From the NCBI GenBank assembly GCA_030041545.1, contig JASHNQ010000049.1:32374-96373 (forward strand): 64,000 nucleotides of DNA, given 5' to 3'. This DNA comes from a candidate division FCPU426 bacterium. Lineage in GTDB: Bacteria; Oederibacteriota; Muellerivitia; Muellerivitales; Muellerivitaceae. A program made the translations under genes and the position numbers. The notes under the pieces are model-generated. The model did no database searches and was not told the origin of the DNA. It saw nothing but the letters and a program-made list of their open reading frames with translations. Below are positions 40,133 through 50,355 of the stretch, piece by piece. Position 1 is the stretch's first letter. Every line of letters starts with the position of its first letter.

Positions 40133-40270
40133 GGAACTCTCCAAAATTAAATTTCAAGCCCGGAATTTTCGGCCTTGTCCAAAATCCCATTCCTCAAGGG
40201 AATGGCCTGCGGGAGATTCCCCATCCCCCGGAACATTTTGAATGGAGGGCAACTCAAAAGCCCGAACGAA

Positions 40271-40738
40271 TCAAGACTTTGCGTTCTTCTGACACTTCTG
40301 GCACAACCCGTACAACTGCATCCGGTGGGAAGTGATCTTAAAACCATGCTTCCGGCTGACCTGCTCCTGCAGCTCCTCGATTTGGGGGTTCAAAAATTCA
40401 ATATAGGCGCCGCATTGGGTGCAAATCATATGGTCGTGGTGGCGCCGGTTGAACTCCGGCTCGTATTTTATCCGCCCGTCCCCAAAATCCAACTCCCGGG
40501 CCAGGCCGCACTGGGTGAGGTGTTTCAGGGTGCGGTAAACCGTGGCGAAGCCAACGTGGGGCTTTTTTTCCCGGGCTCTTTGGTAAAGTTCCTCCGCCGA
40601 GATATGCCCTCCCTGGGCCAAGAAAGCCTCCAGAATCAACTCCCTCTGGGACGTCAGCTTAAGGTCTTTCCCCTTCAGGTATTGGCTGAAAACCTCGTAT
40701 TCCCTTTCCCTCCGTTTATCTTTAACGGCGTTTTTCAT
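40271..40738 (-). CDS. Fur-family metalloregulator (Fur/Zur/PerR)
   Basis: 155-aa ORF; …HISAEELYQRAREKKPHVGFATVYRTLKHL… winged helix; HHDHMICTQCG metal site; CxxC at C-terminus. Confidence 0.85.
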   Translation of the reverse strand: MKNAVKDKRREREYEVFSQYLKGKDLKLTSQRELILEAFLAQGGHISAEELYQRAREKKPHVGFATVYRTLKHLTQCGLARELDFGDGRIKYEPEFNRRHHDHMICTQCGAYIEFLNPQIEELQEQVSRKHGFKITSHRMQLYGLCQKCQKNAKS

Positions 40739-40795
40739 AAGGTATCCTTCACGGTAAGCTTGTCCCGGCGAAGGGTTCGATTGGTTTGGGAAATT

Positions 40796-41230
40796 TCAGT
40801 TCAACATGACCGGCATTAAAACATTGGAACGGACCACGTGCTGGAAAGCCCCCACGATATTTTCCGTCACATCACTCAAGGTCTGGAGATAGTCTTCCTC
40901 CACTTCCCGGCCGTCCACCAGGAAGGACGTTTTAAGCAGCACCGAAAGCTGGCCTTTGATCACCTTGGAAACCCGGAGCATTTCATTGCGGAAATAATCC
41001 GGATGGTCCTTGCGCACCCGTTTTGTCGTACGCGGCTTGGAATACTTCTTTTGATGCACGGCGATCGAGGCGATCATCTGCGCCAAGTGGTTTTCCAGCA
41101 TGGCCCGGTCCACGTGCTGGCCGTGCACCAGCCTTTCAATTACGACTTCCAGGTATGAAACGTGGGAAAAAAGCTCACGATAAAGTTCGAGGAAACCTTC
41201 CCGCACGTCGGAGTCCTGCGATGGAACCAT
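40796..41230 (-). CDS. Hypothetical protein (144 aa) encoded upstream of the Fur-family gene
   Basis: ORF with good coding appearance; no family recognised. Confidence 0.4.
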   Translation of the reverse strand: MVPSQDSDVREGFLELYRELFSHVSYLEVVIERLVHGQHVDRAMLENHLAQMIASIAVHQKKYSKPRTTKRVRKDHPDYFRNEMLRVSKVIKGQLSVLLKTSFLVDGREVEEDYLQTLSDVTENIVGAFQHVVRSNVLMPVMLN

Positions 41231-41385
41231 GGTATCCCCCGATCCCCGTTTTGAAAATTATACCCCTTTTCACCGCCTAATCAAAGCGCGACCCACGGAT
41301 AACGAACAATGAAGAATGGACGATGAAGGAGGTTTTTGTTTGGCCCTCCAAACAAAACACAACGTCATTATTCATTTTAACGGTT

Positions 41386-41910
41386 TTATTCGGCTAAAAG
41401 TTTCTCGATGGCGCCGGTGAAATCCGACTCCGGATGGAGGCCGACAAAAGCCAAGGCGATCCTGCCCGACTTATCAATGAAGAAGGTGGCGGGAATCGGA
41501 TTGATTCCGTAGGATTTCAACGTGTCCATATTGGCAAGGCCGACGGGGTATCGGATGTCGAAATTTGAAATAAACTTATTGAAGTAATCATTGGGCTGGC
41601 CGTCGTTGGTTTCCACCGAAAGACCCCAAAGCTCCAACCCTTTGGAATGATAGGCGTTGTACATCTTCACGAGGGTCGGTATCTCCATCCGGCATGGGCC
41701 GCACCAGCTGGCCCAGAAATCCAGCACCACGACTTTTCCCTTGGCCTGCGACAACGTCAAGTTAGTGGAGGAGTTTAAAAACTGAGCGCTGATCTCGGAA
41801 GCCGGCTGCCGTTGGGCCGGGGGGATGAGGTCCACGTTGTTCCCTTTCCCGCAACCTGCCATCCAGGAAGCCAGCAACCCTATAAAAATTATTCTTCGAT
41901 CCATATTCAT
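41386..41910 (-). CDS. TlpA-family thiol-disulfide oxidoreductase (thioredoxin-like lipoprotein)
   Basis: Lipoprotein signal …LLASWMAGCGK; active site WASWCGPCR. Confidence 0.8.
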   Translation of the reverse strand: MNMDRRIIFIGLLASWMAGCGKGNNVDLIPPAQRQPASEISAQFLNSSTNLTLSQAKGKVVVLDFWASWCGPCRMEIPTLVKMYNAYHSKGLELWGLSVETNDGQPNDYFNKFISNFDIRYPVGLANMDTLKSYGINPIPATFFIDKSGRIALAFVGLHPESDFTGAIEKLLAE

Positions 41911-41987
41911 GCCTTTAAGTTGTTTATGGCTTGGTCCTGAGAAGTTGTCGTTGCTAATATCTAATCGCTAAAAGCTAATAGCTTCTT

Positions 41988-42722
41988 TTAAAAGAATCCC
42001 AGGTATTGGACCCGGACAATTCTTGAGAATAAGTCTGCCCGGTTGATATCCCTGAAGTCAACTCCCACCCTTAACGGCTTATCCACGTTGAAAAGTACAT
42101 TGGCGTTGAACTGCCAATAGTCGCTCAAGAGCTTATCCATCTCCAGGTTGAACATCAACGGCTGCGCCACCGCAAAGGAGGTGCCAAAAAAAGCTCCCAA
42201 ATCCTCGTTGGAATCGAAATTTTCCAGGGTGACCACGTTAAAACCAGCGTGAAGCTGCAAATAACCTGCCTCCTTAAATTCGTGGCTCACCACCGAATAA
42301 AACCCTTTTTGGGTTCCGGGGAAAAAGACACCATTGACTTGCGTCCCGTAACCACGGTTGTCCCAGCCCGCGGCCAAGGCTATAGGCGAATTTTTTTCGT
42401 CCAAAACCTTGAATTTAAGGCCGATCCCCGGCGTTTGGACTTGGATCGTTCCCTGGCCCACCACGTTGGTGGCATTGACCGAAAAGCCGAACATGAAGAA
42501 ATCTTCGAACCCGACGTTACCCCGGACAAAGAGTCCGCCATTCTCATACATTCGGGTGACCAAGTCATATCCCCCGTGCATCAGGAGGTAAGCGGTGGGG
42601 GCTTCTACCATTTCATAATTAGTCGGGGAGGTTGCGACTTCATCGCTGGCCCAGATTCCTGGCACCGGCAAGAGGAAAAGAAGGATGAGGGTGTATCGAA
42701 AAGGTTTGACGAGAGCCTCCAA
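41988..42722 (-). CDS. Putative outer-membrane beta-barrel protein (244 aa)
   Basis: Signal peptide, alternating beta-strand pattern, C-terminal …VQYLGFF. Confidence 0.5.
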   Translation of the reverse strand: MEALVKPFRYTLILLFLLPVPGIWASDEVATSPTNYEMVEAPTAYLLMHGGYDLVTRMYENGGLFVRGNVGFEDFFMFGFSVNATNVVGQGTIQVQTPGIGLKFKVLDEKNSPIALAAGWDNRGYGTQVNGVFFPGTQKGFYSVVSHEFKEAGYLQLHAGFNVVTLENFDSNEDLGAFFGTSFAVAQPLMFNLEMDKLLSDYWQFNANVLFNVDKPLRVGVDFRDINRADLFSRIVRVQYLGFF

Positions 42723-42772
42723 AATGGTTTTATTTTAAGCCCAAAGAAGCCTCTGTCAACCGATGGCGTTCT

Positions 42773-43576
42773 TTAATATTTTTCCACGAAAACTTTTTCG
42801 ACTTTGGGAATGGTCCGTCCCAGGAACCTTTGGGCCTGTTGCTTGAATTTGCGTGAAAGATCGCTGACGTAGTACTGGCATCCACCCCGTCCGTTCATGG
42901 GGACTCCGTGCATCTCCAGATTGTGGTGAAGGCTCTTGGCTGTTTCCTCCGCCGAATCGACGATTTTCACTTTTTTGCCGGCGACCCTGGCGAGAACTTT
43001 CTTCAAAAGGGGGTAATGGGTGCAGCCCAATACCAAAGTGTCGATTTTGGCCTTTAGGAGTGGCTGAAGATATTCCCGCGCCACTGCCTCGGTGACCGGA
43101 CCCATGAGCTTGCCTTCCTCCACCAGCGGCACGAACAAAGGGCAGGCTTTGGAATAAACCTTGGCCTTGGGAAAGATTTTATGGATCGCCCGGACATAGG
43201 CCTTGGATGCGATGGTACCCTCGGTGCCGATGACGCCGATGCGGCCGTTGCGCGTCACTGAAACCGCCGCATAGGCCCCCGGTTCGATCACCCCCAGGAT
43301 GGGGACGGGGAATTCCCGACGGACGATTTCCAGGGCCCAAGCCGAAGATGTGTTGCAGGCCACCACAACACATTTGACTTTTTTATTTTTCCGGAAAAAG
43401 CGGATGATCTGCCGGGCGTACCGGACGATGGTCTCGGGGCTTTTGGTCCCGTAAGGGATGCGGGCCGTGTCGCCGAAATAAACCAGCCTTTCACCGGGCA
43501 GTTCCTGCTGGATGGCCTTGGCGACCGTCAATCCCCCCAGCCCGGAATCGAAGATGCCGATGGGGTAGTTTTTCAA
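42773..43576 (-). CDS. murI: Glutamate racemase
   Basis: MKNYPIGIFDSGLGGLTV…VVACNTSSA… and …LGCTHYPLL… catalytic Cys motifs; start overlaps upstream stop. Confidence 0.9.
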   Translation of the reverse strand: MKNYPIGIFDSGLGGLTVAKAIQQELPGERLVYFGDTARIPYGTKSPETIVRYARQIIRFFRKNKKVKCVVVACNTSSAWALEIVRREFPVPILGVIEPGAYAAVSVTRNGRIGVIGTEGTIASKAYVRAIHKIFPKAKVYSKACPLFVPLVEEGKLMGPVTEAVAREYLQPLLKAKIDTLVLGCTHYPLLKKVLARVAGKKVKIVDSAEETAKSLHHNLEMHGVPMNGRGGCQYYVSDLSRKFKQQAQRFLGRTIPKVEKVFVEKY

Positions 43577-45210
43577 CGCTTTGCCCGCGCCGATGAATTC
43601 TTGGAGCCACTGTCTTTTAACAATTTATAATCAATGGAATCAACCAGAGCTTCCCAAGAAGCTTCGATGATATTCTCCGACACTCCCACCGTTCCCCAGG
43701 AGTCCTTCTTGTCGCGGCTCTCGATCAAAACGCGCACCTTGGCCGCCGTGCCTTCCTTGGCGTCCAACACGCGGACCTTAAAGTCGGTTAAGTGAACCTC
43801 GCTGAGCGAAGGATAAAACTTGGTCAGGGCTTTGCGGAGGGCCTGGTCCAGGGCATTGACGGGACCGTCACCCTCCCCCACGGTATTTTCCAAAATCCCG
43901 TTCACCTTGATCTTGATGGTAGCCTCCGAAACCAGCTTGTCGTCGCCCCTGTTTTCCACGATCACCCGGAAACTGACCAGGTCGAAGAAGCTCTTGTGCT
44001 TGCCCAGCGCCTTTTTCAAAAGGATCTCAAAGGACGCCTCGGCCCCCTCGAATTGATAACCCTCGCTTTCCATTTTCTTCACTTCGTCGATGATGGCCCG
44101 CGTTTCCGGCGTGTCCTTCCCCAGCTTGATGCTGCGGGTTCCCGCCTGATGCAGGACTCCCGCACGGCCCGCCTGATCGGAGAGAATAAGTTTCCGCTGA
44201 TTTCCCACTTCGGCCGGGTCCACATGCTCATATGCCTTATTGGATTTGCGCATCGCGTCAATATGCATGCCGCCCTTGTGGGTAAATGCGTTCTTGCCGA
44301 CATAGGGCGCGTTGGGCCGGGGCGGCAAGTTGAGGATTTCATCCACGCGGTGGGATACCTCCGTGAGCTTCTCCAGCTTGATAGGCTTCACGAAGGTATA
44401 TCCCGTCTTTAAGGACAAAGTGGCGATCAAGGAGGTCAAATTCGTATTCCCGACCCGTTCCCCATAGCCGTTGATACAGCCCTGAACCTGGGTGGCGCCG
44501 GACGAAAGGGCAGCCAAGCTGTTGGCCACCGCCAGGTCGGAGTCGTTGTGGCAATGGATGCCGATGGCGGCTTCAGGAAAACGTTGGTGGACACGGATAA
44601 CGACCGCTTCGACGTCTTCCGGCAGCGACCCGCCGTTGGTGTCGCAAAGCACCAGGCAATCGGCGCCGCCGTTCAAGGCCGCCTCGAGGCACTTGAGCGA
44701 GAATTCCGGGTTCGCCTTGTAACCGTCAAAAAAATGTTCCGCGTCAAAGAAAACTTCACCTGTTTTGGACTTCAGAAACTTGATCGAATCGTTGATGATT
44801 TCCAGGTTTTGTTCCAACGGGATGCCAAGGGCCTTGGTCACATGGAAATCCCAGGTCTTTCCCACCACCGTTATGGTGGAAACGTCCGATTTCACCAGGT
44901 TCAAGAGGTGCGTGTCTTCGTGGGCCTTGTGCTTGGCCCTGCGGGTCATGCCGAAAGCCGACAAGCGGGCTTTAAGCTTAAGTTTTTTCACCTTTTGAAA
45001 GAATTCGGTGTCCTTGGGGTTGGCCCCCGGCCAGCCTCCTTCCAGGTATTGCAACCCCAGGTCATCCAAGGCCTGGGCCAGGGCGAGCTTATCCTCGACC
45101 GACAGGTTGATTCCCTGGGTCTGGGGGCCCTCCCGTAGCAACGCGTCGTATAAGACAATTTTCCGATCGCTCACCGAATCGCCTCTTCCCAATCCGTCAT
45201 CCTGAGCCAA
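43573..45210 (-). CDS. Citramalate synthase / 2-isopropylmalate synthase family protein (LeuA-type with C-terminal regulatory domain)
   Basis: 545-aa ORF; HMGL-like TIM barrel (…HCHNDSDLAVANSLAALSSGATQVQGCINGYGERVGNTNL…), LeuA dimer domain; the substrate-binding motif reads LLREGPQ rather than the usual LRDGEQ. Confidence 0.7.
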   Translation of the reverse strand: MAQDDGLGRGDSVSDRKIVLYDALLREGPQTQGINLSVEDKLALAQALDDLGLQYLEGGWPGANPKDTEFFQKVKKLKLKARLSAFGMTRRAKHKAHEDTHLLNLVKSDVSTITVVGKTWDFHVTKALGIPLEQNLEIINDSIKFLKSKTGEVFFDAEHFFDGYKANPEFSLKCLEAALNGGADCLVLCDTNGGSLPEDVEAVVIRVHQRFPEAAIGIHCHNDSDLAVANSLAALSSGATQVQGCINGYGERVGNTNLTSLIATLSLKTGYTFVKPIKLEKLTEVSHRVDEILNLPPRPNAPYVGKNAFTHKGGMHIDAMRKSNKAYEHVDPAEVGNQRKLILSDQAGRAGVLHQAGTRSIKLGKDTPETRAIIDEVKKMESEGYQFEGAEASFEILLKKALGKHKSFFDLVSFRVIVENRGDDKLVSEATIKIKVNGILENTVGEGDGPVNALDQALRKALTKFYPSLSEVHLTDFKVRVLDAKEGTAAKVRVLIESRDKKDSWGTVGVSENIIEASWEALVDSIDYKLLKDSGSKNSSARAKR

Positions 45211-45251
45211 GCGAAGGAAAACGCTTCAGAATGACAACTTTAACCTCAAAA

Positions 45252-46487
45252 TTATCCGCGGACGCCCGAAACCTTCTTGCCCAAGTTGAATTTCTTATGG
45301 ATCGCCGCCACAGCCTTGGTGACATCCTTTTCGTCGATCACCACTGAAATCTTGATTTCGGAAGTGGAGATCATCTCGATGTTTACGCCCGCTTCGGCCA
45401 GGGCCTTGAACATATTGGCGGCCACGCCGGAGTGGGAGCGCATTCCCACGCCTACCACCGAAACCTTGGCGATACCCTCATCCGAGAGAATGCCGGCGGG
45501 CTTGAGGGTTTTAGAAGCCTCCCCCACCACCTTCATGGCCTTCTTAAATTCGGACTTGTCCACGGTGAAAGAAACGTCCGAATGGCCCTTTTCCCCGATG
45601 TTTTGGATAATCATGTCCACATTGATCCCAGCCTTCCCCAGCTTGGAAAAGAGGATGGAAGCGATACCTGGCCTGTCCGGAACTCCCCGGACCGTAATTT
45701 TGGCCTCGTTTTTATTGTAGGTCACTCCGCTGATAACCACCTTTTCCATGGCTTTGGTTTCCTGCATGACGATCGTCCCTTCCTTTTCATTGAATGTCGG
45801 CCTCACGTGGATCTTGATGCCGAAGTTTTTCGCGAATTCCACCGAACGGGCGTTCAACACCTGGGCCCCCGCGCTGGCCATCTCCAACATTTCATCGTAG
45901 CTGATGAAGGTGATCTTCTTGGCGTCCTTCACCATCGAGGGATTGGCCGTGAAAACCCCGTCCACGTCCTTGTAAAACTCGCAAACATCCGCCTTCAAGG
46001 CCGCGGCAATCGCCACCGCGGTCAAGTCGCTTCCGCCCCGGCCCAGGGTCGTGATTTCATGTTCCTTGTTCTCGCCCTGGAATCCCGCCACGATCACCAC
46101 CTTGCCCAGGTTGAGGGCCGAGCGGATCTTCGAGTCCCCCACCCGGACGATGCGCGCCTTGGTGTGCACGTCGTCTGTCACGATGCCCACCTGGGGGCCG
46201 GTGAAGGAAATGGCGTCGCAACCCAGGCTTTTCAGGGCGATGGAGAGGAGGGCGATGGATTGCTGTTCCCCCGTGGCTAAAAGCACGTCCATCTCCCGCT
46301 CATCGGGGCTGTCCGTGATCTGTTGGGCCTTGGCGATCAGCTCATCGGTGGTGTCCCCCGGCGCCGAAACGACCACCACCACCTCATTCCCTTCCCGCCT
46401 GTTTTTGGCGACGCGGCGTGCGACGGATAGCATTTTTTCCGCGTCGGCCACCGACGATCCACCGTATTTTTGAACAATCAGTGCCAT
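45252..46487 (-). CDS. lysC: Aspartate kinase with two C-terminal ACT domains
   Basis: MALIVQKYGGSSVADAEKM…VVVVSAPGDTTDELI…. Confidence 0.9.
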   Translation of the reverse strand: MALIVQKYGGSSVADAEKMLSVARRVAKNRREGNEVVVVVSAPGDTTDELIAKAQQITDSPDEREMDVLLATGEQQSIALLSIALKSLGCDAISFTGPQVGIVTDDVHTKARIVRVGDSKIRSALNLGKVVIVAGFQGENKEHEITTLGRGGSDLTAVAIAAALKADVCEFYKDVDGVFTANPSMVKDAKKITFISYDEMLEMASAGAQVLNARSVEFAKNFGIKIHVRPTFNEKEGTIVMQETKAMEKVVISGVTYNKNEAKITVRGVPDRPGIASILFSKLGKAGINVDMIIQNIGEKGHSDVSFTVDKSEFKKAMKVVGEASKTLKPAGILSDEGIAKVSVVGVGMRSHSGVAANMFKALAEAGVNIEMISTSEIKISVVIDEKDVTKAVAAIHKKFNLGKKVSGVRG

Positions 46488-46504
46488 GGGACCCTTTTTC
46501 CACC

Positions 46505-47566
46505 TTAAAGCTTTAAAGACTTTAGGATTTCACTCATTTCCGGCTTGATCACCGTGGGTTTGGTGCTTCTCATCACCGCCGTGTCCGGATCCTTGAGCCC
46601 ATGGCCGGTCAGGGTACAGACGATACGCCTTTCACCGTCGACGAAGTACCCTTCCTTGCTCTTCTTGATGACCCCGGCCAAGGAAGCGGCGGAGGCGGGC
46701 TCGCAGAAAATACCTTCCATCGAAGCCAGCATCTCGTAGGCTTCCAGGATCTCTTCATCCGTGACGGCCTCGATCAAGCCCCGGGACTCGTCACGGGCCG
46801 CTTCGGCGCTCTTCCAGGAAAAAGGGTTGCCGATCTTGATGGCCGTGGCGATAGTTTGGGGGTCCTCAATGATATGCCCCTCCACAATGGGGGCCGCCCC
46901 GGCGGCCTGGAACCCACACATGCGGGGCAGCCGCTTGGACTTGCCTTTTTGCCGGTATTCCTTATAGCCTTTCCAATAGGCGGTGATATTGCCCGCGTTT
47001 CCCACCGGGATGGCGTGATATTCGGGGGCGTCACCGATAGTATCAACAATCTCAAAAGCCGCGGTTTTCTGCCCCTCGATGCGGTAGGGGTTATTGGAAT
47101 TCACCATGGTGATCGGGTGCTTGTCCGCCAGTTCGCGGGTGAGCTTCAAGGCCTGGTCAAAGCTTCCTTCCACCGCCAGCACCCTGGCGCCGTAGATCAT
47201 GGATTGGGCCAACTTCCCCAAAGCGATGGAGCCGTGGGGCAGGAGGACGGCGCAGGAAATGCCCGCGTGGGCCGAATAGGCGGCCGCCGAGGCCGAGGTA
47301 TTGCCTGTGGAGGCGCAAATAACCGCCTTGGAACCATCTTCCAACGCCTTGGAGATGGCCATGGTCATGCCCCGGTCCTTGAAGGAGCATGTCGGGTTCA
47401 ACCCCTCGAACTTGAAATAGACCTTTAGGCCGTTGCCAAGATTTTGGGAAATGCGCGGCCCGTAAAGCAACGGCGTATCACCCTCCTTGAGGGTGACAAC
47501 GGGCGTTTTTTCGGTAACCGGCAGGTAGGGCCGGTATTCTTCGATAAGTCCTTTCCAATACGCCAT
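46505..47566 (-). CDS. thrC: Threonine synthase
   Basis: ORF 46505..47686; start taken at MAYWKGLIEEYRPYLPV; PLP Lys …NPTCSFKDRGMT…; about 353 aa, compact bacterial type. Confidence 0.9.
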   Translation of the reverse strand: MAYWKGLIEEYRPYLPVTEKTPVVTLKEGDTPLLYGPRISQNLGNGLKVYFKFEGLNPTCSFKDRGMTMAISKALEDGSKAVICASTGNTSASAAAYSAHAGISCAVLLPHGSIALGKLAQSMIYGARVLAVEGSFDQALKLTRELADKHPITMVNSNNPYRIEGQKTAAFEIVDTIGDAPEYHAIPVGNAGNITAYWKGYKEYRQKGKSKRLPRMCGFQAAGAAPIVEGHIIEDPQTIATAIKIGNPFSWKSAEAARDESRGLIEAVTDEEILEAYEMLASMEGIFCEPASAASLAGVIKKSKEGYFVDGERRIVCTLTGHGLKDPDTAVMRSTKPTVIKPEMSEILKSLKL

Positions 47567-47627
47567 TTGCTTTGCCTTTGTTTTAGATTTTGGCTGTCGG
47601 CTACGAGCTGTCAGCCGTGAGCTGCCG

Positions 47628-48950
47628 TTACTCTCCCCGGTCCATGCGGATAAGAAGGGTTTCCTCCTGGACAAAGGGAAGGCCATTAATCTTTTTCAGG
47701 GCCTCCTGGACGTTTTTCTCCAGGGCCTCATAGGTCACGATGACCACCGGCACTTTGTCGCCTTTCTTCTGCTCTTTTTGGATGACCGAAGCGATGGAGA
47801 TTTGATGCTCACCCAGGATACGGGCTATGGCCGAAAGAACCCCCACCTGGTCCAGCACCGAGAACTTGAGATAATAGCGGGACTTGATCTCCCCTATCTT
47901 GCGCAGGCGTTTGATCTGGGGGTTATCGGAAAGGAACCAGCAGTTGGAGATTTCGCCCGCCACGTTGTCGCTGACGCTGCGGCAGACATAAATAAGGTCG
48001 CTCATGACCGCCGAGGCGGTAGGCTTGTTGCCCGCCCCCAGGCCGTAGTACATGGTGGTACCCACGAAGTCGCCGGTCACCAGCACGCCGTTGTACTCGC
48101 CGTCCACCTTGGCCAGGAGGTGTTCCTGTGGAATCAAGGTGGGATGCACACGCACTTCCAGTTCGTCTCCCTCCACTTCCGCGATGGCGAAGAGCTTGAC
48201 CACCCGACCAAACTCCTCCCGGGCGAACTCGATGTCCTGCAGGGTGATGCGGTCGATGCCCTCCACGTAGATGTCTTCCACCTTGACGCGCTTGGAAAAG
48301 GCCAGGGAGGCCAGGATGGCCAGCTTATGGGCCGCATCCATGCCGTTGATGTCCAGGGTGGGGTCGGCCTCGGCCAGGCCCTTTTTTTGGGCCATCTGCA
48401 GGGCTTCCTTGAAGCTTTTTTTCTCCTCGGTCATCTTCTGCAGGATGAAGTTGGTGGTGCCGTTGACAATGCCGTAGATGGACATGATGTTGTTGGGCGC
48501 CAGGCCGTCGTTGATGGCCTGGATGACCGGGATGCCCCCGCAAACCGCGGCCTCGAAATAGATGTCCACTTTGTTTTGACGGGCGGTGGCGATGATCTCG
48601 TCCCAGTGCACCGAAAGCACCGCCTTGTTGGCCGTGACAATGTGCTTGCCTTTTTTCATAGCATCCAAAAGGTAGGTGCGGGCCGGCTCCAAGCCGCCCA
48701 TGAGCTCCACGATGACGTCAATGTCCGGGTCCGAAACAAGGTCGTCGTAGTTGGCCGTCAGCATGCCCTCGGGCACGGTCACGTCACGCTGTTTGGTGAG
48801 GTCTTTGACCGCGATCTTCTTGATGCGAAGCTGCGCCCCGACTTTTGCCTCGATAAGGGCGCGGTTCTTTTCCAGCAGGCGGTAAACCCCCTGCCCCACG
48901 TTGCCGAACCCGATCATGCCGATTTGGATGACGGATTTGCCTTCACTCAT
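47628..48950 (-). CDS. hom: Homoserine dehydrogenase with C-terminal ACT domain
   Basis: …IQIGMIGFGNVGQGVYRLL… NAD-binding; catalytic domain; ACT at C-terminus. Confidence 0.9.
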   Translation of the reverse strand: MSEGKSVIQIGMIGFGNVGQGVYRLLEKNRALIEAKVGAQLRIKKIAVKDLTKQRDVTVPEGMLTANYDDLVSDPDIDVIVELMGGLEPARTYLLDAMKKGKHIVTANKAVLSVHWDEIIATARQNKVDIYFEAAVCGGIPVIQAINDGLAPNNIMSIYGIVNGTTNFILQKMTEEKKSFKEALQMAQKKGLAEADPTLDINGMDAAHKLAILASLAFSKRVKVEDIYVEGIDRITLQDIEFAREEFGRVVKLFAIAEVEGDELEVRVHPTLIPQEHLLAKVDGEYNGVLVTGDFVGTTMYYGLGAGNKPTASAVMSDLIYVCRSVSDNVAGEISNCWFLSDNPQIKRLRKIGEIKSRYYLKFSVLDQVGVLSAIARILGEHQISIASVIQKEQKKGDKVPVVIVTYEALEKNVQEALKKINGLPFVQEETLLIRMDRGE

Positions 48951-48970
48951 GACGTTCTCCGCGCTTGAGC

Positions 48971-49014
48971 CTAAATAGCAAAACGCCCCGAGCTTGCCAA
49001 AAAGCCGGGGCGTT
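48971..49014 (-). terminator. Intrinsic terminator on minus strand between aminotransferase gene and hom
   Basis: Minus strand: AAACGCCCCGG-ctttttggcaagct-CGGGGCGTTT followed by TGCTATTT. Confidence 0.45.
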
Positions 49015-49171
49015 TGGTGAAAAGAACCCTTAGATTATAAGAAAACAGGGGTCAATTCAAGGGAAAGGCTGAAATGCGGTCGTCAGTCGACGGTCCACAG
49101 TCGATAGCCACGGCAATGAAGATTTTAGGTTTAAAGCTGTTGCCGTGAACTTGTCGACTGTCAGCTGTCGA

Positions 49172-50338
49172 CTATTGGACCGCCTCTTTGATGCGCTTCA
49201 ACCCTTCCAGTATCGCCTTCTCGCTTGCGGCATAGGACATCCGCATAAAACCCTCGGCGCCAAAAGCGATGCCCGGCGTCAAGCCCACCCTGGCCTTGTT
49301 CAGCAGGTAATCAGAGAGTTCCATGGAGTTGGAGCGGCCGGGCTTGAAAAGCCCCTTCACGTTGGGGAACACATAAAAGGCCCCAGCGGGCTTCAGGCAC
49401 TTCACGCCTGGGATGGCGTTTAAACCCTCCACGACCATATCACGGCGCTTCTGGAACACAGAAACCATTTTCTGGATTTCCGAATCCGGCAGGGCCATGG
49501 CTACCACCCCCGCCTTTTGGACGATGGAGGACGGGTTGGAGGTGGACTGGCTCTGCAGGTCGGCTATCGCCTTCATCACGTTGGCTGGGCCAGCCGCATA
49601 ACCCAGTCGCCAGCCCGTCATGGCATAGGCTTTAGACATTCCGTTGACCAGGATGGTTTGGGCCGCCACTTCCTGGGAAAGGGACGGGAAGCAAACATGC
49701 TCTTCCCCATAGACCAGCTTGGCGTAGATCTCATCCGAAACAACCGTGAACTTATGTTTCAGGGCCAATTCGGCGATGCCTTCCATGGCCTTTCGGCCCA
49801 CCACTGCGCCCGTGGGGTTGCTGGGGGAATTAAGGATGAGAGCCTTGGTTTTGGGGGTGATCTTGGCCTTCAGGGCCTGGGGTGTCAGTTTGAACTCGTC
49901 AGCTTCGGAGCATTCGACGAATACCGGGATGCCGCCGGCCAGCTTGATTTGTTCGGGATAGCTCACCCAATAGGGCGAAGGAATCAAAACTTCGTCGCCC
50001 GGATTGATGATAGCCATGAATGTGTTATAGAGGGAATGCTTGCCGCCGCAGGAAACGACGATATCGCCCGGTTCATAATGGACCTTGTATTCCCAATCCA
50101 GGTACTGGGCAATAGCCTTGCGCAGTTCCAGGGTTCCAGGAACGGGGGTGTATTTATGGAAACCGCCGTCAATGGCCTTCTTGGCCGCCTCGCAAATGGG
50201 TTCGGGCGTGTTGAAATCCGGCTCTCCAGCCACGAAATTCAGCACATCCACGCCCTCTTCCTGGAGTTTCTTGGCCTTGGCGTCGATGGCCAGTGTCATC
50301 GACGGGGCCACTTTTTTCATGCGTTCGGAAATTTCCAT
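49172..50338 (-). CDS. Class I PLP-dependent aminotransferase (aspartate aminotransferase-like)
   Basis: 388-aa ORF; …NSPSNPTGAV…, …SKAYAMTGWRLGY… PLP-Lys. Confidence 0.85.
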   Translation of the reverse strand: MEISERMKKVAPSMTLAIDAKAKKLQEEGVDVLNFVAGEPDFNTPEPICEAAKKAIDGGFHKYTPVPGTLELRKAIAQYLDWEYKVHYEPGDIVVSCGGKHSLYNTFMAIINPGDEVLIPSPYWVSYPEQIKLAGGIPVFVECSEADEFKLTPQALKAKITPKTKALILNSPSNPTGAVVGRKAMEGIAELALKHKFTVVSDEIYAKLVYGEEHVCFPSLSQEVAAQTILVNGMSKAYAMTGWRLGYAAGPANVMKAIADLQSQSTSNPSSIVQKAGVVAMALPDSEIQKMVSVFQKRRDMVVEGLNAIPGVKCLKPAGAFYVFPNVKGLFKPGRSNSMELSDYLLNKARVGLTPGIAFGAEGFMRMSYAASEKAILEGLKRIKEAVQ

Positions 50339-50355
50339 AGTGTCCTCGCTTGGTC

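Noticed and set aside
47567-47686. 5' extension of the thrC ORF (MAFPLSRRKPF…)
   Set aside because: The conserved ThrC N-terminus begins at MAYWKGLIEEY. The extension overlaps the hom 3' end and is low-complexity.
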